From assembly GCA_963717465.1 (NCBI GenBank), contig OY970340.1:896001-960000 (forward strand): DNA of 64,000 nucleotides, written 5' to 3'. The notes beneath the pieces are model-generated. The model had not been told where the DNA came from, searched no databases, and saw nothing but the letters and a program-made list of their open reading frames with translations. The DNA is from Candidatus Bathyarchaeota archaeon (lineage in GTDB: Archaea; Thermoproteota; Bathyarchaeia; Bathyarchaeales; Bathycorpusculaceae). Made by a program: the position numbers and the translations under genes. Numbering within the stretch: the first letter of the stretch is position 1; each line of letters opens with the position of its first letter. Below are positions 1 through 9,667 of the stretch, piece after piece.

Positions 1-418
1 TGCGCAAGTTGAACTTGTCGACCACAACGTGACGGGTTTAATTGCTAATTCACCAAGAACGTACGCGGAGGCCATTGTTCATCTGCTTGAAAACAAGAAA
101 GAAACTGCTAAGATGGGTCAAGCAGGTTACGAGAAAGTGAAAAAAGAATATGACGCCAAAAAGGTAACCAAGCTTCTTGAGAAAATCTACATCACTCAAC
201 TAAACAAAAAGACAGGAGGAGTAAGCAAAGAAATTACCGCAAAATATACAGATTTGGAGTATTCGCCTTCAGACAATGATATGCTCAATTTCCCTGAAGA
301 ATACAAAAAAAGGCTAGCAAATCAGTTTGACAAGTTAACTATTTTTGAAAAAGTGTCACTTGAAGTCAGACCAAAATTAAGAGTACTGAAGAAGACTTTA
401 CGCAATCTTCTTAGCTAA
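1..418 (+). CDS. Glycosyltransferase family 4, C-terminal part (5'-truncated)
   Basis: 'TGLIA...YAEAIVHLLEN...MGQAGYEKVKKEYD' is a typical GT-B C-terminal segment; lies in a glycan cluster. Confidence 0.7.
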   Translation, partial: AQVELVDHNVTGLIANSPRTYAEAIVHLLENKKETAKMGQAGYEKVKKEYDAKKVTKLLEKIYITQLNKKTGGVSKEITAKYTDLEYSPSDNDMLNFPEEYKKRLANQFDKLTIFEKVSLEVRPKLRVLKKTLRNLLS

Positions 419-1564
419 CTTTACAAGATCTTCAGCGATAACTTTTCTGTCTAAAACTTTTCTCCAGCACTGTGCAATTTCTTGAATGTTATATAAACCA
501 CTATCCCATTTCTGCGCATCCTCTAATAACGCATTCAAAATGGGCTTCATCTTAAAATTCGACGATATAGTTCCAGAGAAACCCTGTCGAGTTAGAAACT
601 GTAAACTTTCAATTGGTGTACCTACTACTGAACAACCCATGCAGAGTGCTTCTCCAGAAGAGATGGAGAAGCTTTCCCATCGAGAAGGAACAAAAAATAT
701 TTTCCCATTTGCAAGATAATCTATAATTTTTGGGCGCTCAACAAAATCGTAAATTGTAATTCTTTCAGTAATGTTCGTGGGCAAATTTCCAACCATTTTA
801 CGTATTATTTGAGCGCCTCTGCCAAAAATTATTGCTCTGTAATCCTTGCGGGCTTTCAAGAATTCAACAAGAGCCTTTACCATGATTCGGGTGTTTTTTT
901 GTTTGTAATCATTCCATCGACCATAAGAAACGACAATATTATCTTTCTTGCTTAGGGGAGCTTCAAGAAACTCAGGTGTTACGGGATTTGGCATGAAAAA
1001 AAGTTTTTTAGTCAAATCTGGTCTTTTCCAGAAAACTAAGAAACGCTTCAGATTGTCGAGTGCATTAGGGCTTTCAATCAAAACCGCGTCGCTTAATTCT
1101 ATATGCTTAATTCTTTGGGATGCTCGTTCTGAATGAAGTTTTTTGAAGGGTAAGTGCCAAAAAATGTAACGGATAACATTGCGTGCAGAGAAATCTTCAA
1201 GCAATGGAATTCTTAAAAGAACATTACCCAAGGGATATCCTATTCTGCCGTCACTATCTGCTTTAACGATGACTTTCTTGCCGGCAAATTTCATTTTTTC
1301 TAAAATGGGCGTGTATGATTCGGAAATCCATGAATAGAACAAGATGACATCAGAGTCCAATTTCGTCCAGAACTTTTCGTTTACGAAAGTTTCATAGGAG
1401 TACTGTTCGAAGGCAAAATTCGGTTTATAATCAGTTAGTTCCTCTCTTTTGCTACAAATTATATCTGCATTAACGTGTAAATCATTCAAACCCAAGACAA
1501 TTTGTACCGGATCTTTGGTTTCAAGCAATTTCTCATAAATGTCTATAAAAATCGATATTTTCAT
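398..1564 (-). CDS. Glycosyltransferase family 4 (GT-B)
   Basis: FFVPSRWESFSISSGEALCMGCSVV, the EX7E motif. Confidence 0.85.
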   Translation of the reverse strand: MKISIFIDIYEKLLETKDPVQIVLGLNDLHVNADIICSKREELTDYKPNFAFEQYSYETFVNEKFWTKLDSDVILFYSWISESYTPILEKMKFAGKKVIVKADSDGRIGYPLGNVLLRIPLLEDFSARNVIRYIFWHLPFKKLHSERASQRIKHIELSDAVLIESPNALDNLKRFLVFWKRPDLTKKLFFMPNPVTPEFLEAPLSKKDNIVVSYGRWNDYKQKNTRIMVKALVEFLKARKDYRAIIFGRGAQIIRKMVGNLPTNITERITIYDFVERPKIIDYLANGKIFFVPSRWESFSISSGEALCMGCSVVGTPIESLQFLTRQGFSGTISSNFKMKPILNALLEDAQKWDSGLYNIQEIAQCWRKVLDRKVIAEDLVKLAKKIA

Positions 1565-1739
1565 TTGTAGCTTATCACGAAATTACTTATCTATGCTTGC
1601 TGTATATAAGCGATAAACACAGTTTCTTAATTAATTCAACCGATTTTTTCCAATTGAAGGAAAAAAGAAGCATATTTACCAGCATAAGGATTTATAATTA
1701 GCTAAAATATTCACTACTTCAAGACGGCAACTGAAGCGC

Positions 1740-3243
1740 ATGATAAAAATAAGACTCGATGTCGATTATCCGTATCCTTCACGGCTTAAAAGTTTTGTTT
1801 ATGTAGGATTAAACAGGAAAAAACCAGGCAAAGATTACCTTAAAAATTCAAAGATAATCGCCATGATGATAAACGAGTCGAAAAAAGATGTGAAAGCTTA
1901 CTGGTTCTTCACACCTTACACTATTCCAGACAAGGAACTTCTCGAAATGCTCGCATCCGGACAAGCATGAAGTAGCCCTTCACGTTGCCAACGATCCCTA
2001 CGGAGAATTGTCCCAATTAGAAAAAGCAACAGGACGTAAAGTAACATACTATACAGTACATGGAACCGATCGCCTGTTTGCAAGGATAATGTGGCGCAGA
2101 AAACTCTCTGAAGCCAGAAAACCGATTCCAAACAATTTCCCATTAAAGTCGTTTTATGAATACCCAACATTTTCTCTGGACGTGTTATGCTACGACAAAC
2201 CATTTGAACAAGCCAAGGCTTTTGCGGAAGAAAAAATTTCGGAAGGATTAGTCGTACATGTTCACCCTGAATGGATTTTTCAAAGTGGAAAACGAATTAA
2301 TCATAGAGGACCATATTACAGCGTTTTTAAAGAAATTCTTGATGTTGATAACGAGCTGAACGATGTTGGCTTTCGTAAAAAAGTTTTCTTCAAAATTGCC
2401 AGCTACACAGATTTCAAAGAAGATGGTTTTGATTTAGCTTCATCTGAACAGTTCAAGAAGAAACTAGTCATTCGAGATATAGACCTATTTTCGTTTGCTG
2501 AACACAAAGAGTCAAGCGGCAACAGCCAAAATTACCCCAGTTACTGGACTAAAGAAGCAGATAATATCGCTCTTCTTCACATTTCTTCGTTCGACAAGTG
2601 GTGGAACAGCGTCGGAAAGAAAACGCGAAATATGGTTCGTAAAGCAGAGAAAAGCGACATTAAAACAATCGCGGTAGAACCAAACGATGATTTAGCTAAG
2701 GGCATATGCAACATTTATAACGAAACACCTATCCGTCAAGGAAGAGCTTTCCCGCATTTTGGTAGCACACTTAAAGACGCTGAAATATACGTCAACTCAA
2801 TATCCAATTCAACTTTTATCGGAGCTTTCTTTAAGGAAGAGCTTGCAGGCTTTATACAACTTGTTTATCATGATGACATGGCCGTTATTGCACAAATTCT
2901 TTCCCTGCAAAAATACTGGGATAAAGCAATTAACAATGCGCTTGTTGCAAAAGCCGTTGAAATTTGTGCAGAAAAAAAAGTTCAAAAGTTGATGTATGGC
3001 AGAATAGGAAATCATCCATCACTTGACAACTTTAAAGAAAACAACAAATTCGTTAAATATAAAATAACTCGATATTATGTACCTTTAACTTTAAGGGGCA
3101 AAGTAGCCATTAAATTAAACCTTCACAAAGAAGTCAAAGATACACTTCCTGGACCATTAAAGAAACCGCTATTTCCTTTCTTTAACTGGATTAGCCGAAC
3201 AAAAGTCAAGATACGACTAAAACTGCATCCTAAATCAATTTAA
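1740..3243 (+). CDS. Deacetylase-like N-terminal region fused to a GNAT/FemAB-like domain; frameshift near 1960
   Basis: ORF 1740-1970 (RLDVD, AYWFF) continues in another frame as HEVALHVAND...HG...HVHPEW into 2008-3243; C-terminal half has KKTRNMVRKAEK and NFKENNKF, as in GNAT_6/FemAB proteins. Confidence 0.55.
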
Positions 3244-3427
3244 CTGGGTAATTTGTCTTTCTAAATAATAATGCACAACTTCAAATTAACTTAATATTAC
3301 CTCTTTATCCAAAAGGCAGTCGAGCAATTAACGAAAAACTATTACGTTAAAAAGTATATGAATTGTCTAATGTTCATGCAAGAAACCTCAATATACTAAA
3401 AAAACAAGTTGACCTGAGATTAGGAAA

Positions 3428-4519
3428 ATGGAAAAAGAAAAGCCAAACGAAGAGCCGAATGGAAAAGAAAAATTGAAGATAAATTTTAGTTCTTTGAACA
3501 TGGGTCTTAGCGGTGGAACACGCGTCATTTTGGAACTAGCAATACGTCTGCAAGCCATGGGTCATACAGTGACTATAAACGCTATCGGAAGAAATGGAGA
3601 TACAGAATGGTTTGGAGATATCCCAAACATCAAAGTGAATTACAAGTTTCCTTCTAAAATTTCAAGATTATTGCATCAAAAAATACTAAAAGAATCATAC
3701 TTGGACGTTCAAGCCAAATTATTAAGCAAAATGATTGCCCAGTCTGAATGCGACATAAATGTAGCAACATACTGCTTAACTGCTTTGCCTACTTTTGAAA
3801 GCAAAAAAGGCAAGGGGTTTTATCTAGTACAAAACTATGAACCATTGTTCTTTAAAGACCCAATCCATAAGGCGATGGCTGAAAAATCGTATAAACTCCC
3901 CCTAACAAAACTTTGCGTGTCAAAATGGTTGCAACAAAAAGTTGGCGGAAACTGGATTGGAAACGGAGTTAATACTAACACGTTCCATAAACGGAATTCT
4001 TTCGAAGAAAAAGAACCAAAAAGCATATTGTACATCTACAGGGACATTCCTTGGAAAGGAGATACCTTAGCCTTAGAAACGCTCAAACAACTGCACGATT
4101 TATGCCCAGAAACTTCAATCCATATAGCTTCAAGAAAAAAAATCGAGATAAATCAAAAATTCCCATTCAAACTGCACACTAATTTAACGGATAACGAATT
4201 GGCGGAACTTTACTCAAAAGTCGCCGTTTTATTGTTCACAAGCGATTTTGAAGGATATGGGCTACCACCCTTGGAGGCGTTCGCATGTGGAACAAATGTG
4301 GTATCGACCAACTTTACAGGAAACGATTACTTAGTTGATTCTGAAAACTGTTTCTTAGCAAGCAACGCAAGAGACTTAGCTAATGCGGCTCTGAAACTCT
4401 TTAACGGCAAAGAATTAGCCAAAAAGCAATTAGAGCGAGCACAACTGACAGTAGACGAGCATGATTTTGATTTGGTAGCTGAAAGAATGCTTGCACTTTT
4501 TAAAGGAGGATTTGAATAA
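3428..4519 (+). CDS. Glycosyltransferase family 4 (WsaF/WbbK-like)
   Basis: SGGTRVILELA, YLVQNYEPLF, FEGYGLPPLEAFACG. Confidence 0.85.
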   Translation: MEKEKPNEEPNGKEKLKINFSSLNMGLSGGTRVILELAIRLQAMGHTVTINAIGRNGDTEWFGDIPNIKVNYKFPSKISRLLHQKILKESYLDVQAKLLSKMIAQSECDINVATYCLTALPTFESKKGKGFYLVQNYEPLFFKDPIHKAMAEKSYKLPLTKLCVSKWLQQKVGGNWIGNGVNTNTFHKRNSFEEKEPKSILYIYRDIPWKGDTLALETLKQLHDLCPETSIHIASRKKIEINQKFPFKLHTNLTDNELAELYSKVAVLLFTSDFEGYGLPPLEAFACGTNVVSTNFTGNDYLVDSENCFLASNARDLANAALKLFNGKELAKKQLERAQLTVDEHDFDLVAERMLALFKGGFE

Positions 4520-4604
4520 ATAACTAACTATGAAGTTACCTTTCAGATTAATGATTTTACTTCCGCTAAAAATGGACGATTTGCTTGGTTAAGATGGAAT
4601 TAAA

Positions 4605-5645
4605 ATGAGTAAAATGGTATCTAAAACAGGCAGGGCAGTAGGGCACCTCAGCAATGGCATATACTGCACAGTTTGCCTCAATCAAGGCAAAATATTGAAG
4701 CCAAAATATCTTTGGCTGGAAGTAACTGATAAATGCAATAGTAGATGCGAGTATTGTAACATATACAAGAAGAAGCCAACGGCTGATCCCCTCTCTCCAG
4801 AGGAAATCAAAAAGATTCTTTCAAGCTCCTTGTTTAGCCAAGTTAGTTACATAATCAATTCTGGTGGTGAACCGACAGTCAGATCAGATGTTCTTGATAT
4901 TTTTTTGGCTGAACATGAAGCACTTCCAAAAGCGACATTGCAATATTCCACCAACGGTCTACTTCCAGAAAGAATCCTATCAGTAGTCAAAGAGTTATGT
5001 CGAAGGAACATTAAGGTTGATGTCGGAATAAGCTTGGATGGTATAGGCGATGCACATGATAAAATCCGCGGCGTAAAAGGCAATTTTGAAAAAGTTGATT
5101 ATCTCGTCAAGAAACTCGTAGAAACTCAAGCTTCCGTCTCGCTAGGGTCAACCTTGACAGCTAAGAATCTTCAAGATAACATTCAAGCCAGAAAATACGC
5201 AAAGAACTTGAAAATCCCCTTTATGTATCATTGGTTTAATACTTCAGAATTCTATGATAACCAAGGATCAAATAACGACCTTTATTCAAAAAAGCAAGAA
5301 ATAATCCAAGAAATAAAACAAACAGTACCAAACGGAATATACAAGGAAATGTGGATTAAAGAGGTCGAAAGCAAACAGCAACCAAAATTCCAGTGTTTTG
5401 CTCTGAATACGTTTGCAGTGCTAAAATGCAATGGGGATATAGCGCCATGTCTCTCGTTATGGGACAAAAACATCGGCAATGTCAGAAACGAGGACCCTCA
5501 AAAAGTCTGGAATAGCGTCAAGGCACAACAAGTAAGAAGAGAAATAAGGTATTGCAAAGGATGCCTAAATAGTTGGGGTGTAAGCTGGAGCTTGGCGAGC
5601 AGCTACTACCAAAATCTATTCTATAAAATAAGAAATAAAAAATAA
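4605..5645 (+). CDS. Radical SAM/SPASM domain protein
   Basis: CNSRCEYC (CX3CX2C), SGGEP, SLDG, C-terminal C..NGDIAPC...CKGC. Confidence 0.9.
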   Translation: MSKMVSKTGRAVGHLSNGIYCTVCLNQGKILKPKYLWLEVTDKCNSRCEYCNIYKKKPTADPLSPEEIKKILSSSLFSQVSYIINSGGEPTVRSDVLDIFLAEHEALPKATLQYSTNGLLPERILSVVKELCRRNIKVDVGISLDGIGDAHDKIRGVKGNFEKVDYLVKKLVETQASVSLGSTLTAKNLQDNIQARKYAKNLKIPFMYHWFNTSEFYDNQGSNNDLYSKKQEIIQEIKQTVPNGIYKEMWIKEVESKQQPKFQCFALNTFAVLKCNGDIAPCLSLWDKNIGNVRNEDPQKVWNSVKAQQVRREIRYCKGCLNSWGVSWSLASSYYQNLFYKIRNKK

Positions 5646-5808
5646 TATATTTGGTCTGCTCGTTATCTTATTTTTTCTCATTTAGATTTAGATTTATGAA
5701 TTTGTTCACGAAAAAATCTTTACATTATTAGGGTCAAGCGTAAAAATTAACCGAGCCCCTAATCTGGACTGATTAAGCAGAATTAAAAAACAGCTTTCTA
5801 ATCTTTTA

Positions 5809-6039
5809 TTATTTGGATCTGGAAGTTTGCGTTCTTTTGCTACCTCTGCTTTCTCCTCCTTTTTTTCCAATTTCCTTGAAAAATTCTGATCCGCGTTCTT
5901 TAGCTACTTTTTCGCCTCCTTTTTTTCCAATTTCCTTGAAAAACTCAGAACCTCTTTCCTTAGCTACTTTTTCGCCTCCTTTTCTACCGGCTTCTGCGCG
6001 AGTCATTTTGCTTCTTTTTTCTTCACTTTTCATAGTCAA
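5809..6039 (-). CDS. KGG-repeat / Em-GsiB-type general stress protein
   Basis: EAGRKGG and repeated 20-aa unit KVAKERGSEFFKEIGKKGGE; GGAGGTGA SD upstream. Confidence 0.85.
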   Translation of the reverse strand: MTMKSEEKRSKMTRAEAGRKGGEKVAKERGSEFFKEIGKKGGEKVAKERGSEFFKEIGKKGGESRGSKRTQTSRSK

Positions 6040-6155
6040 GTTTTTCACCTCCAATTTTTTTAACAAGAAGAGAAAATCCATAACACTTTACAGAGAAAAC
6101 GAACTCAAATGAACATTATAAAATGCAGGTCAAATGCTAAAAAATAGTTCCACAT

Positions 6156-6440
6156 TTACTTTATTTTTCCAATCTCTTTTGTTACGTCTATCGGCGAGCT
6201 ATACGTCTTGTCAGGCAATTTGTTTATTAATTTCATAACGTCTTCAGAAGCGCCTTTTCCCTGTGCGTTGCTTGCCAACTTTTCTTTTCCAGCTGGGTAA
6301 TGGATGCCTCCGAGATATCTTTCAACTATTGCCGGACTAACATGACCTGAGCCTCCGCTTTTGTCGGTATATTGCCTTCTTAATCCTCTGCCTTGCCCGA
6401 TTCCTCTACGCCGAGTTACTTCACCCTCTTGCTTACTCGT
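6156..6440 (-). CDS. DUF2795-like small protein (absent from ORF track; apparent ACG start)
   Basis: Own translation ...VSPAIVERYLGGIHYPAGKEKLASNAQGKGASEDVMKLINKLPDKTYSSPIDVTKEIG; perfect GGAGGTGA SD just upstream of ACG. Confidence 0.8.
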   Translation of the reverse strand, partial: TSKQEGEVTRRRGIGQGRGLRRQYTDKSGGSGHVSPAIVERYLGGIHYPAGKEKLASNAQGKGASEDVMKLINKLPDKTYSSPIDVTKEIGKIK

Positions 6441-6500
6441 AGTTTTTCACCTCCAATTTACCCTGTAAACGCTGGCGCTGAAAAATCGATAATAAAAACA

Positions 6501-6674
6501 CTACTTTGTTTCTTCATAATCCTTTCCTTCCTGTATCAATTTCCTAACTTTCTGTCCGCCTTTGTGACCTATCTCACTATAAAATTCGTCGCCATGCGTT
6601 TCAGCGGTTTTTTGACCGCCCATTCGTCCAGCTTCCTCCACAGTCATCTTGCCCTTCCTTTTCTCATGAGACAA
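6501..6674 (-). CDS. KGG-repeat / Em-like stress protein
   Basis: MTVEEAGRMGGQKTAETHGDEFYSEIGHKGG; SD plus TTG start. Confidence 0.85.
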   Translation of the reverse strand: MSHEKRKGKMTVEEAGRMGGQKTAETHGDEFYSEIGHKGGQKVRKLIQEGKDYEETK

Positions 6675-6730
6675 ATGTGTTATCACCTCCTAAGCTAAAA
6701 TCCACAAAAAACATGAAACTTCTAAAGCCT

Positions 6731-6913
6731 CTATTTTTTTTCGCGGGCTTTCCCTTGTTCAATTAATTTTCGAACTCTTTGCCCGCCTTTATGACCAATT
6801 TCTTCGTAGAATTTTCGTCCATGTGTCTCAGCGGTTTTTCTTCCGCCCTTCTGACCGCCTTTTCGTCCAGCCTCTTCAACGCTCATTTGACCTTTTTCTC
6901 TCTCCTGCGCCAA
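6731..6913 (-). CDS. KGG-repeat / Em-like stress protein
   Basis: MSVEEAGRKGG...THGRKFYEEIGHKGG. Confidence 0.85.
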   Translation of the reverse strand: MAQEREKGQMSVEEAGRKGGQKGGRKTAETHGRKFYEEIGHKGGQRVRKLIEQGKAREKK

Positions 6914-6982
6914 TCAATTCACCTCCCATTTTTGGCAGAAACGGCGCAAAATGTGGATTGCATTAACATTCGAGAATAGGAC

Positions 6983-7243
6983 TTATTTTTTTTCATATGC
7001 TCTTCCCTGTTGGATGAGTTTTCGTACTCTTTGGCCGCCTCTGTGGCCTGCTTCTTCAAGACTTGTTTTGCCTCTGGCTTCGGGTGAACCTTCATGTTGC
7101 TTAGCCCTTTTCGATCCACCTTTACTGCCTATTACACTGTAAAACTCTTCACCATGAGTTTTAGCTGTTCTTTGACCACCTCGTCTTCCAGCTTCTGCTA
7201 CGGTCATTTTGCCTTTTCTCTTCTCGGTTTCACTTCGACTCAA
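6983..7243 (-). CDS. KGG-repeat / Em-like stress protein
   Basis: MTVAEAGRRGG...THGEEFYSVIGSKGG; near-duplicate of 8246-8563. Confidence 0.85.
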   Translation of the reverse strand: MSRSETEKRKGKMTVAEAGRRGGQRTAKTHGEEFYSVIGSKGGSKRAKQHEGSPEARGKTSLEEAGHRGGQRVRKLIQQGRAYEKK

Positions 7244-7425
7244 AAACGAATTCACCTCCATCAAAAAACAGGTTACTACTAACCTCAATTTTTCTAGCCA
7301 GAAACGCACCTTTTAACATATGTGGCTGGCATAATACAATAACAATTGCTTTACTAAGTTGACTTTTAAGCGCAAAGTCAAAAATAGAGAAATTCTAGCT
7401 TTTTATAAAACAAAGGATTTCATGT

Positions 7426-7923
7426 TTACGCTATGGTGAGCTTCTTTGTCTCAACCAGTTCCTTCTTTGGAAGAGTAATCTGCAGTATGCCATCATTCAA
7501 GTTTGCTTGAGCTTGATTGGAATTAATTTCCTGGGGGAACGTTATCTTTCTGAAATAGGATTCAGCGGCTCTTTCTTTGCGTACATAGCGCTTTTTCTTA
7601 TCTTCTTCCTCTTTCGACACGCCTTTTGCAGCTTGAATTGTCACGTAGTCATCAGTAACTTCAATGTTTAATTCCTCTTTCTTAAATCCCGGCATATCGA
7701 CAGTTACAAAAAAATCTTTTTCCCGATCTTCAATATCAACAAAAGGCATTTCTGACCGCCATGGTGCTATTTCTCCATGCCTCTTTGGCAAGTCAAAGAA
7801 ATCTTCAAAATCGCGAGTAATTCTATCTATTGCGCGATTAATATCCCTTTGGACATCACTTGACGCATAAAGCATTACGGGTTCCTTTTTTGACTCTTGA
7901 TTTTTCTTTTCTTTTTCTCCCAA
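7426..7923 (-). CDS. hsp20: Small heat-shock protein (Hsp20/alpha-crystallin)
   Basis: VDIED...DMPGFKKEELNI...ANLNDGILQITLPK. Confidence 0.95.
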   Translation of the reverse strand: MGEKEKKNQESKKEPVMLYASSDVQRDINRAIDRITRDFEDFFDLPKRHGEIAPWRSEMPFVDIEDREKDFFVTVDMPGFKKEELNIEVTDDYVTIQAAKGVSKEEEDKKKRYVRKERAAESYFRKITFPQEINSNQAQANLNDGILQITLPKKELVETKKLTIA

Positions 7924-7972
7924 AATATCCCTCCTTCAAACCGTTAAATTCCAAAATTGGAAAGACTTGTGA

Positions 7973-8170
7973 TTATTCTTCGCTTTCTTTTCCCTCTTTG
8001 ACTAGCTTGCGAACTCTTTGGCCGCCTTTGGGTCCACCTATTTTTCCACCTTTTCGGCCAATTTCACTGTAAAACTCTTCGCCATGAGTTGCAGAAGTCT
8101 TCAATCCCCCTTTTCGTCCTGCTTCTTCAACGGTCATTTTTCCTTTCTTTTGTTCATCAGACAAACGCAT
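7973..8170 (-). CDS. KGG-repeat / Em-like stress protein
   Basis: MTVEEAGRKGG...THGEEFYSEIGRKGG. Confidence 0.85.
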   Translation of the reverse strand: MRLSDEQKKGKMTVEEAGRKGGLKTSATHGEEFYSEIGRKGGKIGGPKGGQRVRKLVKEGKESEE

Positions 8171-8245
8171 CGTCACCTCCTTTTTATAAAAGCACTATTC
8201 TTAAAAGACAGAAAATTCGAAAAATAGGTTGAATTTGCTGTTATT

Positions 8246-8563
8246 TTATTCTTCGCTCTCCTTTCCTTGTTGAATGAGTTTTCGTACTCTTTGGCCGCCT
8301 CTGTGGCCTGCTTCTTCAAGACTTGTTTTGCCTCTGGCTTCGGGTGAACCTTCATGTTGCTTAGCTCTTTCAGAGCCACCTTTACTACCGATTTCACTGT
8401 AAAATTCAGGTCCTCGTTCCTCGGACACTTTCTCGCCGCCTTTCCGGCCAATTTCCTCGTAAAACTCTTTGCCGTGAGTTTCAGATGTTTTTTGTCCGCC
8501 TCGTCTTCCAGCTTCTGCTACGGTCATTTTGCCTTTTCTCTTCTCGGTTTCACTTCGACTCAA
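8246..8563 (-). CDS. KGG-repeat / Em-like stress protein
   Basis: Multiple EFYxEIGxKGG units. Confidence 0.85.
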   Translation of the reverse strand: MSRSETEKRKGKMTVAEAGRRGGQKTSETHGKEFYEEIGRKGGEKVSEERGPEFYSEIGSKGGSERAKQHEGSPEARGKTSLEEAGHRGGQRVRKLIQQGKESEE

Positions 8564-8785
8564 AAACGAATTCACCTCCGTTAATACTTCCAAAAACAAG
8601 TTCCTAATTTATAGAAGCCGAAATACCGCTCATAAACCTATGTGGTTGTTGCATAACAATAACATGCCCTTGCATAACAAAACCAGAGAAAGCCAACAAA
8701 TTGTTAACATTTGTTGTTGTTTACGGTTGTCCTAAGCACTTGAAAATTCGTTTTTTTAGAAAATAATTCTTTAAGAAAGATGAAG

Positions 8786-8882
8786 CGGGCCCGCTGGGAT
8801 TTGAACCCAGGATTTTCGGCTTTCTTCCGCTTAAAGAAGCGTCCGGAGGCCGACGCCTTAATCCGTACTAGACTACGAGCCC
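8786..8882 (-). tRNA. tRNA-Arg(CCG) with 21-nt intron (8822-8842) at position 37/38
   Basis: Acceptor stem GGGCTCG/CGGGCCC, anticodon stem TCGGC/GCCGA, T-loop GGTTCAAATCC; intron ACGCTTCTTTAAGCGGAAGAA forms a bulge-helix-bulge with one mismatch. Confidence 0.92.
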
Positions 8883-8935
8883 AAGATATTGGAATATAGA
8901 CCAAAAGGTCTTTAGGATTTAAAGCTAGCCGCTTG

Positions 8936-9436
8936 TTATTCTTGGACTAATTCTTCGCTTATCCACCAGGCTTTTTTCTTTCCTGATTTTTCTCCTCCGT
9001 AAAAATCAATGATTGGTTTCCCCAGTTGTTTGCTTGAGTTGCGCTGAATTTTTCTTAGCCTGTTTAGAATAAGCCACCTGTTTGTTTTGACGTAGTCAGC
9101 AAGCTCCGGTGTTGTGGCGCCCTTGTAATGGAGCAGGTAATCCATTATTTTATGGTCTAATTCGTCAATGCAGAATGAATAGGGGTTTATTTTTCCATGC
9201 TGATACGTGAGAAGCTCCAAATCTGCCAGGTATTTTCTAACTTCTCCGAATTCTTGTTCGATTTTTTTCATTCGCTCTTCCAAAGCTAAAAGTTTGTCTG
9301 GTTTAGGTGTTTTTTGTAGTTTTTCACTTATCGCCTCTCGGATAAAGTTGCTCCTGTCTCCTTCTGGGATGCGCAAAATCATTTCTTCATAGACATCTTC
9401 AGGAAGTTTAACTGAGACTACTCTAACTTCGCTCAT
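8936..9436 (-). CDS. Ribbon-helix-helix (CopG-like) plus coiled-coil plus winged-helix regulator
   Basis: VVSVKLPEDVYEEM...RSNFIREAI; C-terminal ATTPELADYV HTH. Confidence 0.7.
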   Translation of the reverse strand: MSEVRVVSVKLPEDVYEEMILRIPEGDRSNFIREAISEKLQKTPKPDKLLALEERMKKIEQEFGEVRKYLADLELLTYQHGKINPYSFCIDELDHKIMDYLLHYKGATTPELADYVKTNRWLILNRLRKIQRNSSKQLGKPIIDFYGGEKSGKKKAWWISEELVQE

Positions 9437-9667
9437 GACTGTTTCTCCGGTATACGTGATTACGCTTTTTGTCTATTTCATTTTTTCTTTATTTAAAAGT
9501 ACTAAAACTGGTTTATAATTCCGTAAGCTGTCAAAATTGAGCGTTATTGGTCGATAAGATTTGATAAATGGTTTATTAATTATTTATATTGAATTAAAAT
9601 ATATAAGATTGAAAAGGAAAGTTTTAGTATGTAGAATTAGTTGAATTGTTACTTGAAATGGTGACTA

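Noticed and set aside
1968..1970. TGA ending ORF 1740-1970 as a possible Sec codon
   Set aside because: The downstream homologous sequence is in a different frame, so this is a frameshift rather than readthrough.
5813..8735. Plus-strand and alternative-frame ORFs over the KGG locus
   Set aside because: They are shadows of the repetitive minus-strand genes, which have the SD sites and family motifs.
8704..8904. 66-aa minus-strand ORF
   Set aside because: It overlaps the tRNA-Arg gene and has no protein motif.
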